DNA of 64,000 nt, from the NCBI GenBank assembly GCA_964650305.1, contig CAZYST010000001.1, forward strand, positions 49,953-113,952, in the 5' to 3' direction. Below, one piece after another: positions 10,123-19,690 of the stretch. The DNA comes from an uncultured Lachnospiraceae bacterium. GTDB lineage: Bacteria > Bacillota > Clostridia > TANB77 > CAG-508. Made by a program: the position numbers and the translations under genes. The first letter of the stretch is position 1. Each line of letters begins with the position of its first letter. Under the pieces are notes generated by a model, which was given only the letters and a program-made list of their open reading frames with translations, had not been told where the DNA came from and did not search any database.

Positions 10123-11895
10123 CTAATTATTACTCTCAATTTCTAAATATGATATTACTTCATTCAAAATTTTTCCTGCTACTGGTGCAGCTACTCCTCC
10201 ACCTTGATGTCCTCCTTCTCCTGTAGGATTATACAATGTAACCAATATTGTAATTTGAGGATCATCTGTAGGAGCAACTCCTATAAATGAAGTTACATAT
10301 TTTCCGGTATTTACTCCATCTTCTGATGTACCAGTTTTTCCACCCACATTATACCCTTCTACTTTAGCATTTTTCCCAGTTCCTTCTGATACAACAGATG
10401 TCATCATGCTTAATACATCTTTTGCTGTTTCTTCTAGAATTACTTGTTTTCCAAATTCAGGTTCAATTTCTTGAATATTACCATTTTCGGAATCAATTAT
10501 TTTCTTTACCAGTCTAGGTTTTACATATTTACCATTATTAGCAATTGCAGATACCATTGTTATCATTTGAATAGGAGTTACTTCAAATCTCTGCCCAAAA
10601 CTTATTGTTGCAAGTTCAACTGGTCCAACTTTTTCTTCTTTCAAAAATATACTTCTAGCTTCACCTGGTAAATCTATTCCTGTTTTATTTAAAAATCCAA
10701 ATTTTTCCAAATATTCATAATACTTTTTTACTCCTATTTTTTGTCCAAGAGATATAAAAACTGGATTGCAAGAATTCATAAGTGCTTCTCTTAAACTTTG
10801 TGATCCATGTGGTCTATAATATCTCCAACATTTTATTCTTCTACCTGCTATTTCTATTCCACCGCTACAATTAAAAGCTCCTTTTGTATCAGGAATAGCT
10901 ATTTTTTCTTCTATTGCAGCTGATGCAGTGACCAATTTAAAAGTTGATCCAGGCTCGTAAGTATCTGCAATTGCTTTATTTCTCCACATTGCTTGAAGTT
11001 TAATGCTTTTTTCAGATAATTCCATCAAATCCCATATTTTTTTAAGTTCTTCTGAATTAATTGTATATGGAGAATTTAAATCATAATTTGGATATGTTGC
11101 CATTGCTAAAATATCCCCATTTTTGGGATTCATCATAATAATATTTCCACCATCAGTGCACACATTGTCTATACATGCTTCTTCTAAATATTTTTCTACA
11201 ATAGATTGAATATTAAAATCAATTGTTAATACTAAATCATTTCCACTAATAGGTTCTTGATAAGTTTCACCATTATTTCCAAATTCGTTTCCTCTAGCAT
11301 CAATGTTTTTACTAATTTTTCCATTTTTGCCTTTTAAAATTTCATCATATTTAGCTTCTATTCCTTCTAATCCCTGATTGTCACTACCACAAAAACCAAT
11401 AATATGTGATGCAAAAGTTGAATTTGGATAAACTCTTTTTGTATCTTCATCTATATTAATTCCTGACAGTATATTATTTTCTTGCATCCATATTCGTAAT
11501 TCATCTGTTTTTTCTTTAGCAACTCTTTTTTTTATTATTTCAATAGAACTATTCTTTTTTACTTTTTTTAAAACTTTCTCATAATCTAATTCAAATAAAT
11601 CTGAAAGTTTTTTTGCTACTTTTTCTTTTTCCTTTATATTTACTGGATTTATAGTTATAGTTTCAACAGTACTACTTATAGCTAATACGTGTTCTTCTGT
11701 TGAATCATATATTTTTCCTCTTTTGGGAGTAATGCTTCTACTCGAGCTTTGTTGAGATATAATTTTCTCTTGTATTTTAGGTGCTAATATAAATTGTAAA
11801 TAAAAAACTCTTATTATTAAAATAGCAGATAAAATTAATATAAAATATAAACAAAATAACATTCTCTTTTTTGCTCTTAAAATATTAAAATGCAT
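10123..11895 (-). CDS. Class B penicillin-binding protein (FtsI/PBP2B/SpoVD-like transpeptidase)
   Basis: 590 aa with an N-terminal TM. Motifs STFK (GSTFKLV), SCN (MNSCNP) and KTGT (GGKTGTSE). dcw context. Confidence 0.9.
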   Translation of the reverse strand: MHFNILRAKKRMLFCLYFILILSAILIIRVFYLQFILAPKIQEKIISQQSSSRSITPKRGKIYDSTEEHVLAISSTVETITINPVNIKEKEKVAKKLSDLFELDYEKVLKKVKKNSSIEIIKKRVAKEKTDELRIWMQENNILSGINIDEDTKRVYPNSTFASHIIGFCGSDNQGLEGIEAKYDEILKGKNGKISKNIDARGNEFGNNGETYQEPISGNDLVLTIDFNIQSIVEKYLEEACIDNVCTDGGNIIMMNPKNGDILAMATYPNYDLNSPYTINSEELKKIWDLMELSEKSIKLQAMWRNKAIADTYEPGSTFKLVTASAAIEEKIAIPDTKGAFNCSGGIEIAGRRIKCWRYYRPHGSQSLREALMNSCNPVFISLGQKIGVKKYYEYLEKFGFLNKTGIDLPGEARSIFLKEEKVGPVELATISFGQRFEVTPIQMITMVSAIANNGKYVKPRLVKKIIDSENGNIQEIEPEFGKQVILEETAKDVLSMMTSVVSEGTGKNAKVEGYNVGGKTGTSEDGVNTGKYVTSFIGVAPTDDPQITILVTLYNPTGEGGHQGGGVAAPVAGKILNEVISYLEIESNN

Positions 11896-11949
11896 AGATT
11901 TCCTCCTAATAATATTTTCTTATAAATATTATTAAAAGAAAAATAAAAA

Positions 11950-11976
11950 AAGACTAAAACTTTTAATTTTAGTCTT
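11950..11976 (-). terminator. Hairpin with U-tract immediately after the ftsL stop
   Basis: aagactaaaa / ttttagtctt 10-bp stem overlapping the ftsL stop codon. On the minus strand it is followed by a run of T (tttttttattt). Confidence 0.5.
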
Positions 11977-12508
11977 AAAATATATTTTTTATTTTATTTA
12001 TTACATTTTCTATAAAACCTGTATCTTCTTCTATAACAATTTCCTCTCCTTTAGGTTCTACGTAATCTGTTTTTGGAAGTGTTATATAAAAAGTTTGCTT
12101 ACTAGATAGTTTTTGCATACCTAATTGTTCTTTTGCAGCTTTTTCTATATTATTTATATTTTCACTATTTTGTATTGCTATTTCTAATTGATCATTTTCT
12201 TTTTGCAAATTTGTTACACTAGCTTTTAATTTTTGAATTTTATTAAAAGATTCATTAATTTGGGAGTTTCTATATATTATGATAAATAACATCGAAAATG
12301 ATATTAAAAGTAATATTAGAACTTGACCTTTAAATGCTACTTCTTCAAGCTTTTTATTTCTTTTTTCTACTTTAGCTTTGGCTTGTACTTTTTTATTTAA
12401 AGCAGTTGATTTTTTCTTTTTTATTTTTTTTCTTGGTCTATCTGTATATTCTGGTCTTATTTTTCTAGGACTAGTTTCAAATTGATAATCATAAGCACGA
12501 TTTACCAT
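11975..12508 (-). CDS. ftsL: Cell division protein FtsL-like (septum formation initiator)
   Basis: 177 aa: basic N-terminus, single TM, then a coiled coil (LKASVTNLQKENDQLEIAIQ). Positioned between rsmH and the PBP gene. Confidence 0.7.
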   Translation of the reverse strand: MVNRAYDYQFETSPRKIRPEYTDRPRKKIKKKKSTALNKKVQAKAKVEKRNKKLEEVAFKGQVLILLLISFSMLFIIIYRNSQINESFNKIQKLKASVTNLQKENDQLEIAIQNSENINNIEKAAKEQLGMQKLSSKQTFYITLPKTDYVEPKGEEIVIEEDTGFIENVINKIKNIF

Positions 12509-12532
12509 AACATTACCTCCCTTCTTTTGTAT

Positions 12533-13459
12533 TTATATTTTTTCAAAAATTCTTAATTTTGCACTTTTGCTTCTACTATTATTTTCCAATTCTTCATATG
12601 TAGGCAAAATTGGTTTTTTGGTAATAATTTTTCCTTGTGATTTTGCCCCACACGCACAATATGGCAATCCTGGTGGACATATGCATTTTCCTGCTGCTTC
12701 TACAAAAGCATTTTTAACTGCTCTATCTTCTAATGAATGAAAAGTTATAATACATAATCTTCCACCACTTTTTAATTTATCTATTGAATTTAAAACCGTA
12801 TTATATAATGGTTTTATTTCATTATTTACTTCTATTCTAATTGCTTGAAATGTTCTTTTTGCTGGATGACCTTCATTTTTTTTGTAAGGAACTACACTTT
12901 CAATAATTTTCACAAGTTCATCTGTAGTATTTATTTCTTTTTGATTTCTACATTCACAAATTTTTTTTGCAATATTTCTTGAAAATCTTTCTTCACCATA
13001 TTCAAAAATAATTTCTGCAAGCTTTGATTCTGAATAATTATTTACTACCTCTTTTGCTGTCAATTTTTGAGTTCTGTCCATTCTCATATCTAATTCATTT
13101 TCGCCTAAATAGCTAAAACCTCTGTTTCTTTCATCTAATTGATATGAAGAAACTCCCAAATCTAGTAATATTCCATCTACATTTTCTATATTTAAAGAAT
13201 TCAATATTTCTTTTATATTGTCATGATTGTCATGAACAAATTTTACATTTTCATATTCTTTTAATCTTTCTTTTGCAACAGAAATAGCTTCTTCATCTCT
13301 ATCTATCCCAATAAGAAGCCCATTTTTTGATATTTTTTTAATAATTTCTTTGCTATGACCAGCTCCACCCATTGTTCCATCAACATAAATGCCGTCAGGT
13401 TTAATATTTAATCCTTCTAAACATTCATTTAGCATTACTGGTATGTGTTTAAATTCCAA
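12533..13459 (-). CDS. rsmH: 16S rRNA (cytosine1402-N4)-methyltransferase RsmH
   Basis: 308 aa. HIPVML...DGTMGGAGHS...ITFHSLEDR motifs. Start codon is TTG, with a GAGG RBS 9 nt upstream. Confidence 0.92.
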   Translation of the reverse strand: MEFKHIPVMLNECLEGLNIKPDGIYVDGTMGGAGHSKEIIKKISKNGLLIGIDRDEEAISVAKERLKEYENVKFVHDNHDNIKEILNSLNIENVDGILLDLGVSSYQLDERNRGFSYLGENELDMRMDRTQKLTAKEVVNNYSESKLAEIIFEYGEERFSRNIAKKICECRNQKEINTTDELVKIIESVVPYKKNEGHPAKRTFQAIRIEVNNEIKPLYNTVLNSIDKLKSGGRLCIITFHSLEDRAVKNAFVEAAGKCICPPGLPYCACGAKSQGKIITKKPILPTYEELENNSRSKSAKLRIFEKI

Positions 13460-13542
13460 TTATAGTTACCTCTTGATAAAATATAATAGCATAGACAGTT
13501 GGCAAAAAAATCTACCAACTGTCATTTGCTTAAAATTGTTAA

Positions 13543-13775
13543 TTTTATCCTTTGTAAATTTAATTTTATCTTTTGTATTTTTACTTTTTTTCTTTCGTAG
13601 TATATAATTTTTTTACATTAGTAAATTATATATCTTTTCTTTTGTATATTTAGAACAATTTCGTTCTAATTTTTCTTTTGAACACCTAATTTAAGGTATT
13701 TATCTTTTGTAATTTTTATCTTTTGTAATTTAAAATTTTATCTTTTGTGTTTTTATATTTTTTCTTTTGTAATTA
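13543..13775 (-). repeat. Array of about 9 phased direct repeats, core TATCTTTTGTA (plus strand), in the mraZ-rsmH spacer
   Basis: TTTGTA-type cores start at 13551, 13572, 13594 (ttcgta), 13641, 13706, 13722, 13744 (tttgtg) and 13766. A weaker copy lies at 13675. Spacings are mostly 21-22 nt. Confidence 0.7.
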
Positions 13776-13791
13776 TATAAACTTTAGCAAG

Positions 13792-14217
13792 TTATATACC
13801 AAGCATTTCCATTTTTTCAGCAATTTCATCAGCTGAAATGTCATCATCACATTTTTGCCATTTTTCCTTACTCCAAATTTCAATCCTTGAATCCATACCA
13901 ACTATTACAACTTCTTTTTGTAAATTAGCAAATTCTCTTAAATTACTTGAAATAAGAAATCTACCTTGTTTATCTATTTCACAATCTATGGCACCAGCGA
14001 AGAAAAATCTAGAAAAAGTTCTTGCATCTTTATTAGAAATTGGTAAACTTCTTAATTTTTGTTCGAAAATTTGCCATTCTTCTAAAGAAAATGCAAATAA
14101 GCACCCATCTAAACCTTTGGTTATTATGAACTTTTCACCTATATCTTCCCTAAACTTTGCTGGCATTATTAATCTGCCTTTAGTGTCTAGAGAATGCTCA
14201 TATTCACCAATTAGCAC
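13792..14217 (-). CDS. mraZ: Transcriptional regulator MraZ
   Basis: 141 aa. [23 protein letters not shown] and a second DxxGR repeat ([10 protein letters not shown]) indicate the duplicated SpoVT-AbrB fold of MraZ. Confidence 0.93.
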   Translation of the reverse strand: MLIGEYEHSLDTKGRLIMPAKFREDIGEKFIITKGLDGCLFAFSLEEWQIFEQKLRSLPISNKDARTFSRFFFAGAIDCEIDKQGRFLISSNLREFANLQKEVVIVGMDSRIEIWSKEKWQKCDDDISADEIAEKMEMLGI

Positions 14218-14232
14218 TTATTTTTCACCTCT

Positions 14233-14305
14233 CCATTTCCGTACCACTTTGTACCACTTCTCTCCACTTCACCTAAATTTTAATATATAACTTTTTATTT
14301 TGCAA
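14233..14305 (-). promoter_or_regulatory. Pmra-like promoter (TTGCAA-17-TAAAAT) followed by four phased MraZ-box-like repeats
   Basis: Minus strand: -35 at 14300-14305, -10 at 14277-14282. Then gAAGTGGagagAAGTGGtacaAAGTGGtacggAAATGG. On the plus strand these are the ccactt/ccattt boxes at 14264, 14254, 14244 and 14233, with 10-11 nt period. Confidence 0.6.
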
Positions 14306-14568
14306 TACTTTTTTTAAATTTTTTTTTACAAAATATTTTATAGACTTTTAAAACTTTTGAATATATAATCTTCGTAAGGATTTTTATGAAAGGAAAAATT
14401 TTTATATGAATAAATTATTTAACATTAATGTATCTTTTAAAAATTTTATTAAAATTTTGCTTATTCTTTTAATTCCTTATATGAATTTAATTTTAGATTT
14501 CAATTTAATTAAAATAAATTATATAGAACTTGGAACATTAAGTTTTTATTTACCTTATTTTTACATTT

Positions 14569-15651
14569 ATGCACGGATTTACTTTTTTCCTAATATTTAT
14601 AACCTATCAAGATAAAAAATTTAAAAATAATATATCTGAATTTTTATTTTGCTTTACACATATTTTTATTGCAACTTTAATTTGCTATATCATAAAAATC
14701 TTTTACCCAATAGATCCTTTAATTTTAGATATATACAATAAACTTTTTCCATTTTTTATTTTAAATTTGATATTATTTAGTACATTTTTCATAACAATAA
14801 ACTTTAAAGCTTTAAAATTAAATCATATTTTTATATATTATTTAATTTTATTCAGTTTAAAGAATATATTTTTAAGTAATTTTGAAAATATTTTTTTACT
14901 AAATTCCATTATTTATTTTTTATTTTTTGTTTTTAATATTATTTTTAATAAAAGTTACCAAAATTTTATCCACAAGGTTGATTTTTCAGGCAAAACTAAT
15001 TTTTTATTATTTTTTTTAAAGGAAATAGACTTAAAATCACATTTTGATTTTTTTGATATTTTTTTTACATACGGAATTCTAATTTTTAAAGGTTTTAAAT
15101 ATTTATTAATTAATTTTCTAATAAATAAATTTGGAATAATTAATAATGTATCTTCATTTTTATTAGTAAATATTATTTTAGATTTATGTTTTATTCCATC
15201 ACTTAGTATTATTTTAAATGAATTTATAATTATAAAAAATTATAACAAAAAAAATCTACTTAATATTTGCTTAATTTGCATAATTATACAAACTATAATC
15301 TCTGCTTTTCTATATTTTAATATAAATTATATTGTTCATTTATTTAATTTTGAAAATGGAATTTTAAATTATTGCATTTATATTTTTAAAATATTAATAA
15401 TTTCTACATCTTTTACACCTATACAATATATTTTTCCAATATATTGTTATACCAAAAATAAAAAAGTGCTTGTTATAAAATTTTTATCAGACATTTTTAT
15501 ATTGTTAATCACAATATTATTTTTAGTTAAATTCAGATTAAATGGAATATTTTTTACTATTCCAATATCTATAATTATTAGTAATCTTATATTATTAATA
15601 TTGTATAAATTTAATAATGCCTATATAAGTACAAATAATAAATTTATATAA
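14569..15651 (+). CDS. Polytopic membrane protein, extremely AT-rich; possibly a frameshifted flippase/MurJ-SpoVB-like gene
   Basis: 360 aa, F/I/L/N-rich, with many predicted TM segments. An upstream 69-aa ORF (14406..14615) overlaps it in another frame. Confidence 0.4.
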   Translation: MHGFTFFLIFITYQDKKFKNNISEFLFCFTHIFIATLICYIIKIFYPIDPLILDIYNKLFPFFILNLILFSTFFITINFKALKLNHIFIYYLILFSLKNIFLSNFENIFLLNSIIYFLFFVFNIIFNKSYQNFIHKVDFSGKTNFLLFFLKEIDLKSHFDFFDIFFTYGILIFKGFKYLLINFLINKFGIINNVSSFLLVNIILDLCFIPSLSIILNEFIIIKNYNKKNLLNICLICIIIQTIISAFLYFNINYIVHLFNFENGILNYCIYIFKILIISTSFTPIQYIFPIYCYTKNKKVLVIKFLSDIFILLITILFLVKFRLNGIFFTIPISIIISNLILLILYKFNNAYISTNNKFI

Positions 15652-15693
15652 AAATAAAGCATAACATTAATATACAAATGTTATGCTTTATTT

Positions 15694-16254
15694 TTAATAA
15701 TTTTCTGCTAATATATCTAAACTTGCAAGTAATGCATCTTCTGAAATGTTACCTTCTTTTTTATTAAGTATTGTATTGTCTTTTTTTACAAATACAAAAG
15801 TTGGAACTTCTGTTATATTATATATAGATGCAGCATCTTTATCTAAATCATAATACATAGGAATTGTTATTTCTGATATTGATAAAAAATTTTCTACCGA
15901 TTCTATACTTTCTGTTTTTCCATCTGTCATACTTACTGGTAAAAACACTATTTTATCTTTATATTCTTCATATTTTGAATTAATACTTTTTAGTAGTTCT
16001 ACTGACTTTGTATTATTTGCTTGCCAGAATAATATTACTATTGGTTTATCTTTATATTCTTCTAATTCAATTAACTTATTTTCTTTATCATATACTTTAA
16101 AATTATTATAATTTGTTTTTTGAGTTGTATTATTATTGCTATATAATGTTTTTGGCTCTTTATTTGTTTTATACACATCATATACGTAATAAATTGCTAA
16201 TACTAAAAAAATAATTGCAACAATTAATAATATTATATTTTTTTTATCTTTCAC
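15694..16254 (-). CDS. Membrane-anchored thioredoxin-fold (TlpA/ResA-like) protein lacking the CxxC motif
   Basis: 186 aa with an N-terminal TM. IVILFWQANNTKS aligns with FWASWCGPC of TlpA-type proteins, but both Cys are replaced (NTKS). Confidence 0.6.
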   Translation of the reverse strand: MKDKKNIILLIVAIIFLVLAIYYVYDVYKTNKEPKTLYSNNNTTQKTNYNNFKVYDKENKLIELEEYKDKPIVILFWQANNTKSVELLKSINSKYEEYKDKIVFLPVSMTDGKTESIESVENFLSISEITIPMYYDLDKDAASIYNITEVPTFVFVKKDNTILNKKEGNISEDALLASLDILAENY

Positions 16255-16380
16255 CTTGACCTCCTTATAATTTTGATATAATTATTTTATCAATAAAAAT
16301 TATTGCTGTAAATCTTTTTTATATTTTATTGAATAATTTATAATAATATTGTAATATATTTCAAAAAGGAGGTGAATATT

Positions 16381-16671
16381 ATGGATTTAAGTATTTCTAA
16401 TAATACTATTTATAATTTTCTAAAAGAACATAATTTATCTACTAATTCCAAGTTTATTGTTGATAGATTTGTAGAAAATTTCGCTATTTGTGAAAACAAA
16501 GAAACAGGAACTTATTTAGATATTCCAAAAAATTATATTTCTTCTCTTGTAAAACCTGGAAATATTATTAAATTAGAAAACGGCTTGTTTGTTCCTGATA
16601 ACGAAACTTATTTAAAAGAAGTAGAAGAAATAAAATCTCTTGCAAATTCTGTTTTTAAAAAGAAAAAATAA
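16381..16671 (+). CDS. DUF3006-like small protein
   Basis: FIVDRFVENFAICENKETGTYLDIPKNYI...PGNIIKLENG pattern. AAAGGAGG RBS 7 nt before ATG 16381. Adjacent to an MBL-fold gene, as is usual for this family. Confidence 0.55.
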   Translation: MDLSISNNTIYNFLKEHNLSTNSKFIVDRFVENFAICENKETGTYLDIPKNYISSLVKPGNIIKLENGLFVPDNETYLKEVEEIKSLANSVFKKKK

Positions 16672-16692
16672 AATTGCCACTTTGCGACAATT

Positions 16693-17685
16693 TTATTTAT
16701 TTCCATCAAAACTTCTTTTTATTGTAATTATTTCATAATCAGTTCCATTACTTGTAATTTGTATAGTTCCATCTTCATCTGTTCTAAATATTTTGCTTCC
16801 TTTGCTTTTTAAAACATCAATAACATTTTGTTTTGGCAAATTATAACTATTATCTTTTCCCACAGAAATAATTGAAACTTCTGGTTTTACTTGTGATACA
16901 AATTCTTCTGATGAACTTGTATTTGAACCATGGTGACCTACTTTTAACACATCTATATCATTCCAATTTCTCTTTTCCTCAACTTTTTTTGTTGCATCTC
17001 CTGTAAATAAAAATTTATTATCTTTATATCGCATTTCAATTACTATTGAAGCATCATTTTGATTTTCTGGATTATTATTATCAACAGCCATTACTTCACA
17101 TTCTACATCATTAATATTTATTATATTTCCAACTTCAATTTCTTCTATTTGCATATTCTTATTTAAAATTTCATTAAGCAAATTTTTATAATATGTATTT
17201 ACAGAAGTATCATTATACGGAAGATATATTTTATCTATTTCAAATTCTTTTATAAAATATTGCATACTTCCTATATGATCTTCATGTATATGAGTACCTA
17301 TTAAATAATCAATTTTAGATATATTTAATTCTTTTAAAAACTCTATTATTTTTTCTCCATCTTCTACATTTCCAGTATCAATTACCATTAATTTGTCTTG
17401 ATAAAAAATAAGTTCAGAATCTGCTTGACCAACATCTAAAAATAATATATTTAGTTTTTCTTTATCTATTTCTAGTTGTGAAGCTTCATTCTCTTTTATT
17501 AATTTAATATTTTCTAAATTGCTATTAATAGTATTTGAATCTATGTTTTCTACTTGTGAAACTTCGTTTACATCTACCAAAGTCTCTATTTTTTCAATAG
17601 TTTGTGGGCTTATTATTCCAATAATTGATATTATTAAAAATATAATTATATATCCAATTTTACTTTTTTTCTTTTTTCTACTCAT
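16693..17685 (-). CDS. Membrane-anchored metallo-beta-lactamase fold hydrolase (ComEC C-terminal-domain-like)
   Basis: 330 aa with an N-terminal TM. HIHEDHIG (HxHxDH) motif, VGHHGS. Confidence 0.75.
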   Translation of the reverse strand: MSRKKKKSKIGYIIIFLIISIIGIISPQTIEKIETLVDVNEVSQVENIDSNTINSNLENIKLIKENEASQLEIDKEKLNILFLDVGQADSELIFYQDKLMVIDTGNVEDGEKIIEFLKELNISKIDYLIGTHIHEDHIGSMQYFIKEFEIDKIYLPYNDTSVNTYYKNLLNEILNKNMQIEEIEVGNIININDVECEVMAVDNNNPENQNDASIVIEMRYKDNKFLFTGDATKKVEEKRNWNDIDVLKVGHHGSNTSSSEEFVSQVKPEVSIISVGKDNSYNLPKQNVIDVLKSKGSKIFRTDEDGTIQITSNGTDYEIITIKRSFDGNK

Positions 17686-17807
17686 TTGTTTTCCTTTTGA
17701 TTTTTTTACATTTTACCAATAAAAAAATCAAATAGCAATATAGCAATATTTATTTACAAAAAAATACCATAATATTAGAAAATCTAACACTATGGTATTT
17801 AAACATA

Positions 17808-18959
17808 TTATATTCTTTCTCTTTTTCTTGTTTTTGTGTCTACTTCTACTGCATCTCTATTATCAAAATCTATTTTAGAAAATTCATATGGTGATATAGC
17901 TCTTTTTCCTACAAAAAAATGTGCAATTTTTTGTGCAGATAATTTATCAAAATTATATAAACTATATCTTTGTTTTTTTACACTATTATCTTCCAATTTT
18001 TCAAAAGCTTTTCTGTCTCTATTTATATCTTTTTGAATTTCTAATACTGGATTTGAATCTTTTCTATGTAAATATCCTAACCAATATGGGTAAACTTTTG
18101 CCATTACTGCATCATTTTCATTTACAGTGTTTATATCTAAATAACTTTCACCCATTATCATATGGTATATTTCTTTATCTGTTAAAAATTTTATAAATGC
18201 ATGAAATTTCTTTTTCTCTTCTTGTGTCATATGCATTTTATATGGTAATAATGTTTCGTGTACTTTTTCATGACATAATGCTGAAACTGTATATGCATTG
18301 CTTTTCTTTCTTTCTTCATCTGATGTTGGTATTGCTTGGCTATAATAAAAAATTGTTCTATTTTTTTCTTCACCATAACTTCTTTGATTCTTATATAATG
18401 GTGCTCTTACAGAAACTACAAGTTCTTTTTCATTGCCTTGTAAATTTTCTTCCCCAACAACTTCTCTTATATAGTCACTTAAACTTTCTGAACATCTTTC
18501 CCAAAGATTAAAAATTGAATTTTTATATTCTACTGTTTGGCTTATAACTTTTTCTCCTGCTTCTGTTTGCAATACACTTTCACAAGTAGGAACTAATTCC
18601 ATTATTTCATCAATTGAATCTTCTGGACAATCATACAAATGCACCGCTTTTGAAAAAATTGATTTTTTCATTTCCTCTGGTTTTTTATAAGAAAGTATTG
18701 AAAGTTCACTATAAATATTTTCACCAGTTAATATTGAAGGATATTTAGAAAAAGTTTGTTTATCTTTTCTAATAGCTTTTACAATTTCTGTATCTAATGG
18801 TGTTCCTATTATATTTTGCCTTTTTAAATGTTCTTTCTTTTCTGGATTACCTTTTATAATCCCTTCTACTTCAAATCTTTTTGCAAATAAATCTGTTATT
18901 ACTCCTGTTGGATTAACAACAAATTTTATTTTTGACATCATATTTCTTTCAAATGACAT
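17808..18959 (-). CDS. Hypothetical protein with an HExxH motif (putative zinc metallopeptidase)
   Basis: AGGAGG RBS 6 nt before ATG 18959 (MSFERNMM...). The longer tabulated start at 19025 lacks an RBS. Contains CHEKVHE. Confidence 0.5.
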   Translation of the reverse strand: MSFERNMMSKIKFVVNPTGVITDLFAKRFEVEGIIKGNPEKKEHLKRQNIIGTPLDTEIVKAIRKDKQTFSKYPSILTGENIYSELSILSYKKPEEMKKSIFSKAVHLYDCPEDSIDEIMELVPTCESVLQTEAGEKVISQTVEYKNSIFNLWERCSESLSDYIREVVGEENLQGNEKELVVSVRAPLYKNQRSYGEEKNRTIFYYSQAIPTSDEERKKSNAYTVSALCHEKVHETLLPYKMHMTQEEKKKFHAFIKFLTDKEIYHMIMGESYLDINTVNENDAVMAKVYPYWLGYLHRKDSNPVLEIQKDINRDRKAFEKLEDNSVKKQRYSLYNFDKLSAQKIAHFFVGKRAISPYEFSKIDFDNRDAVEVDTKTRKRERI

Positions 18960-19150
18960 ATTTTTCCTCCTATAATATGTAATTACATTTATAGATTCTA
19001 TATTTAAAAAAGTGGTTTTCCACATTTCAAAATTTCAAATCTTGAAATCTCTTTTGTATTTAAATATTAAAATATGTTCTTAAATTTTAGTTTTAAGTTC
19101 ACACTCAGCAAATTAATTATATCATATTTTTAAGATAAATAAAATAGTTT

Positions 19151-19690
19151 TTAACTATTTTTTAATTTTTTTCTTATAATTTTATATTCTGGAATATATT
19201 TTTTTACCAAATCCCAAAATTTATTAGAATGGTTCATATATTTTAAATGACACAATTCATGTACAACAACATATTCTATAATATCTTTTTCATATTTTAT
19301 AAGTTCATAATTAATAGTTATATTTTTATTTGATGTACAGCTTCCCCAAGCATATTTTATTGATTTTATTCTTACTTTGTTAAAATTCACATTTAATAAT
19401 TTAGAATATTTTTTTATATATTCTATAATAATATTTTCAAATTCTTTATCAGTATATAATTTTTCTCTTTCTTGTTTTACAGTATTTTCATTTAACTTTT
19501 TTATTATCCAGTTTTTTTTCGTTTTTAAAAGAGTTTCAATATAATAAATTGGAACTCTTTTATTTGCTTTTACCAAAAGCTTATTATCTTTTATATTTAA
19601 ATAAATATTTTTAATTTTCTTTCTTATAAGAATATATTCTATTTTTTGATTTTTTAAATATATACTTTTTATTTCTTGTTTTTCTTCCAT
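19151..19690 (-). CDS. YgjP/DUF45-like (M48-related) metal-dependent hydrolase
   Basis: 179 aa. C-terminal VVHELCHLKYMNHSNKFW is the family signature. Confidence 0.75.
   Translation of the reverse strand: MEEKQEIKSIYLKNQKIEYILIRKKIKNIYLNIKDNKLLVKANKRVPIYYIETLLKTKKNWIIKKLNENTVKQEREKLYTDKEFENIIIEYIKKYSKLLNVNFNKVRIKSIKYAWGSCTSNKNITINYELIKYEKDIIEYVVVHELCHLKYMNHSNKFWDLVKKYIPEYKIIRKKLKNS

Noticed and set aside
13545-13555. ttatcctttgt read as a possible DnaA box (TTATCCACA) or Spo0A box
   Set aside because: Only the first 6 nt agree with the DnaA box, and the other repeat copies have TTATCTTTTGT. The match to the 0A box (TGTCGAA) is poor.
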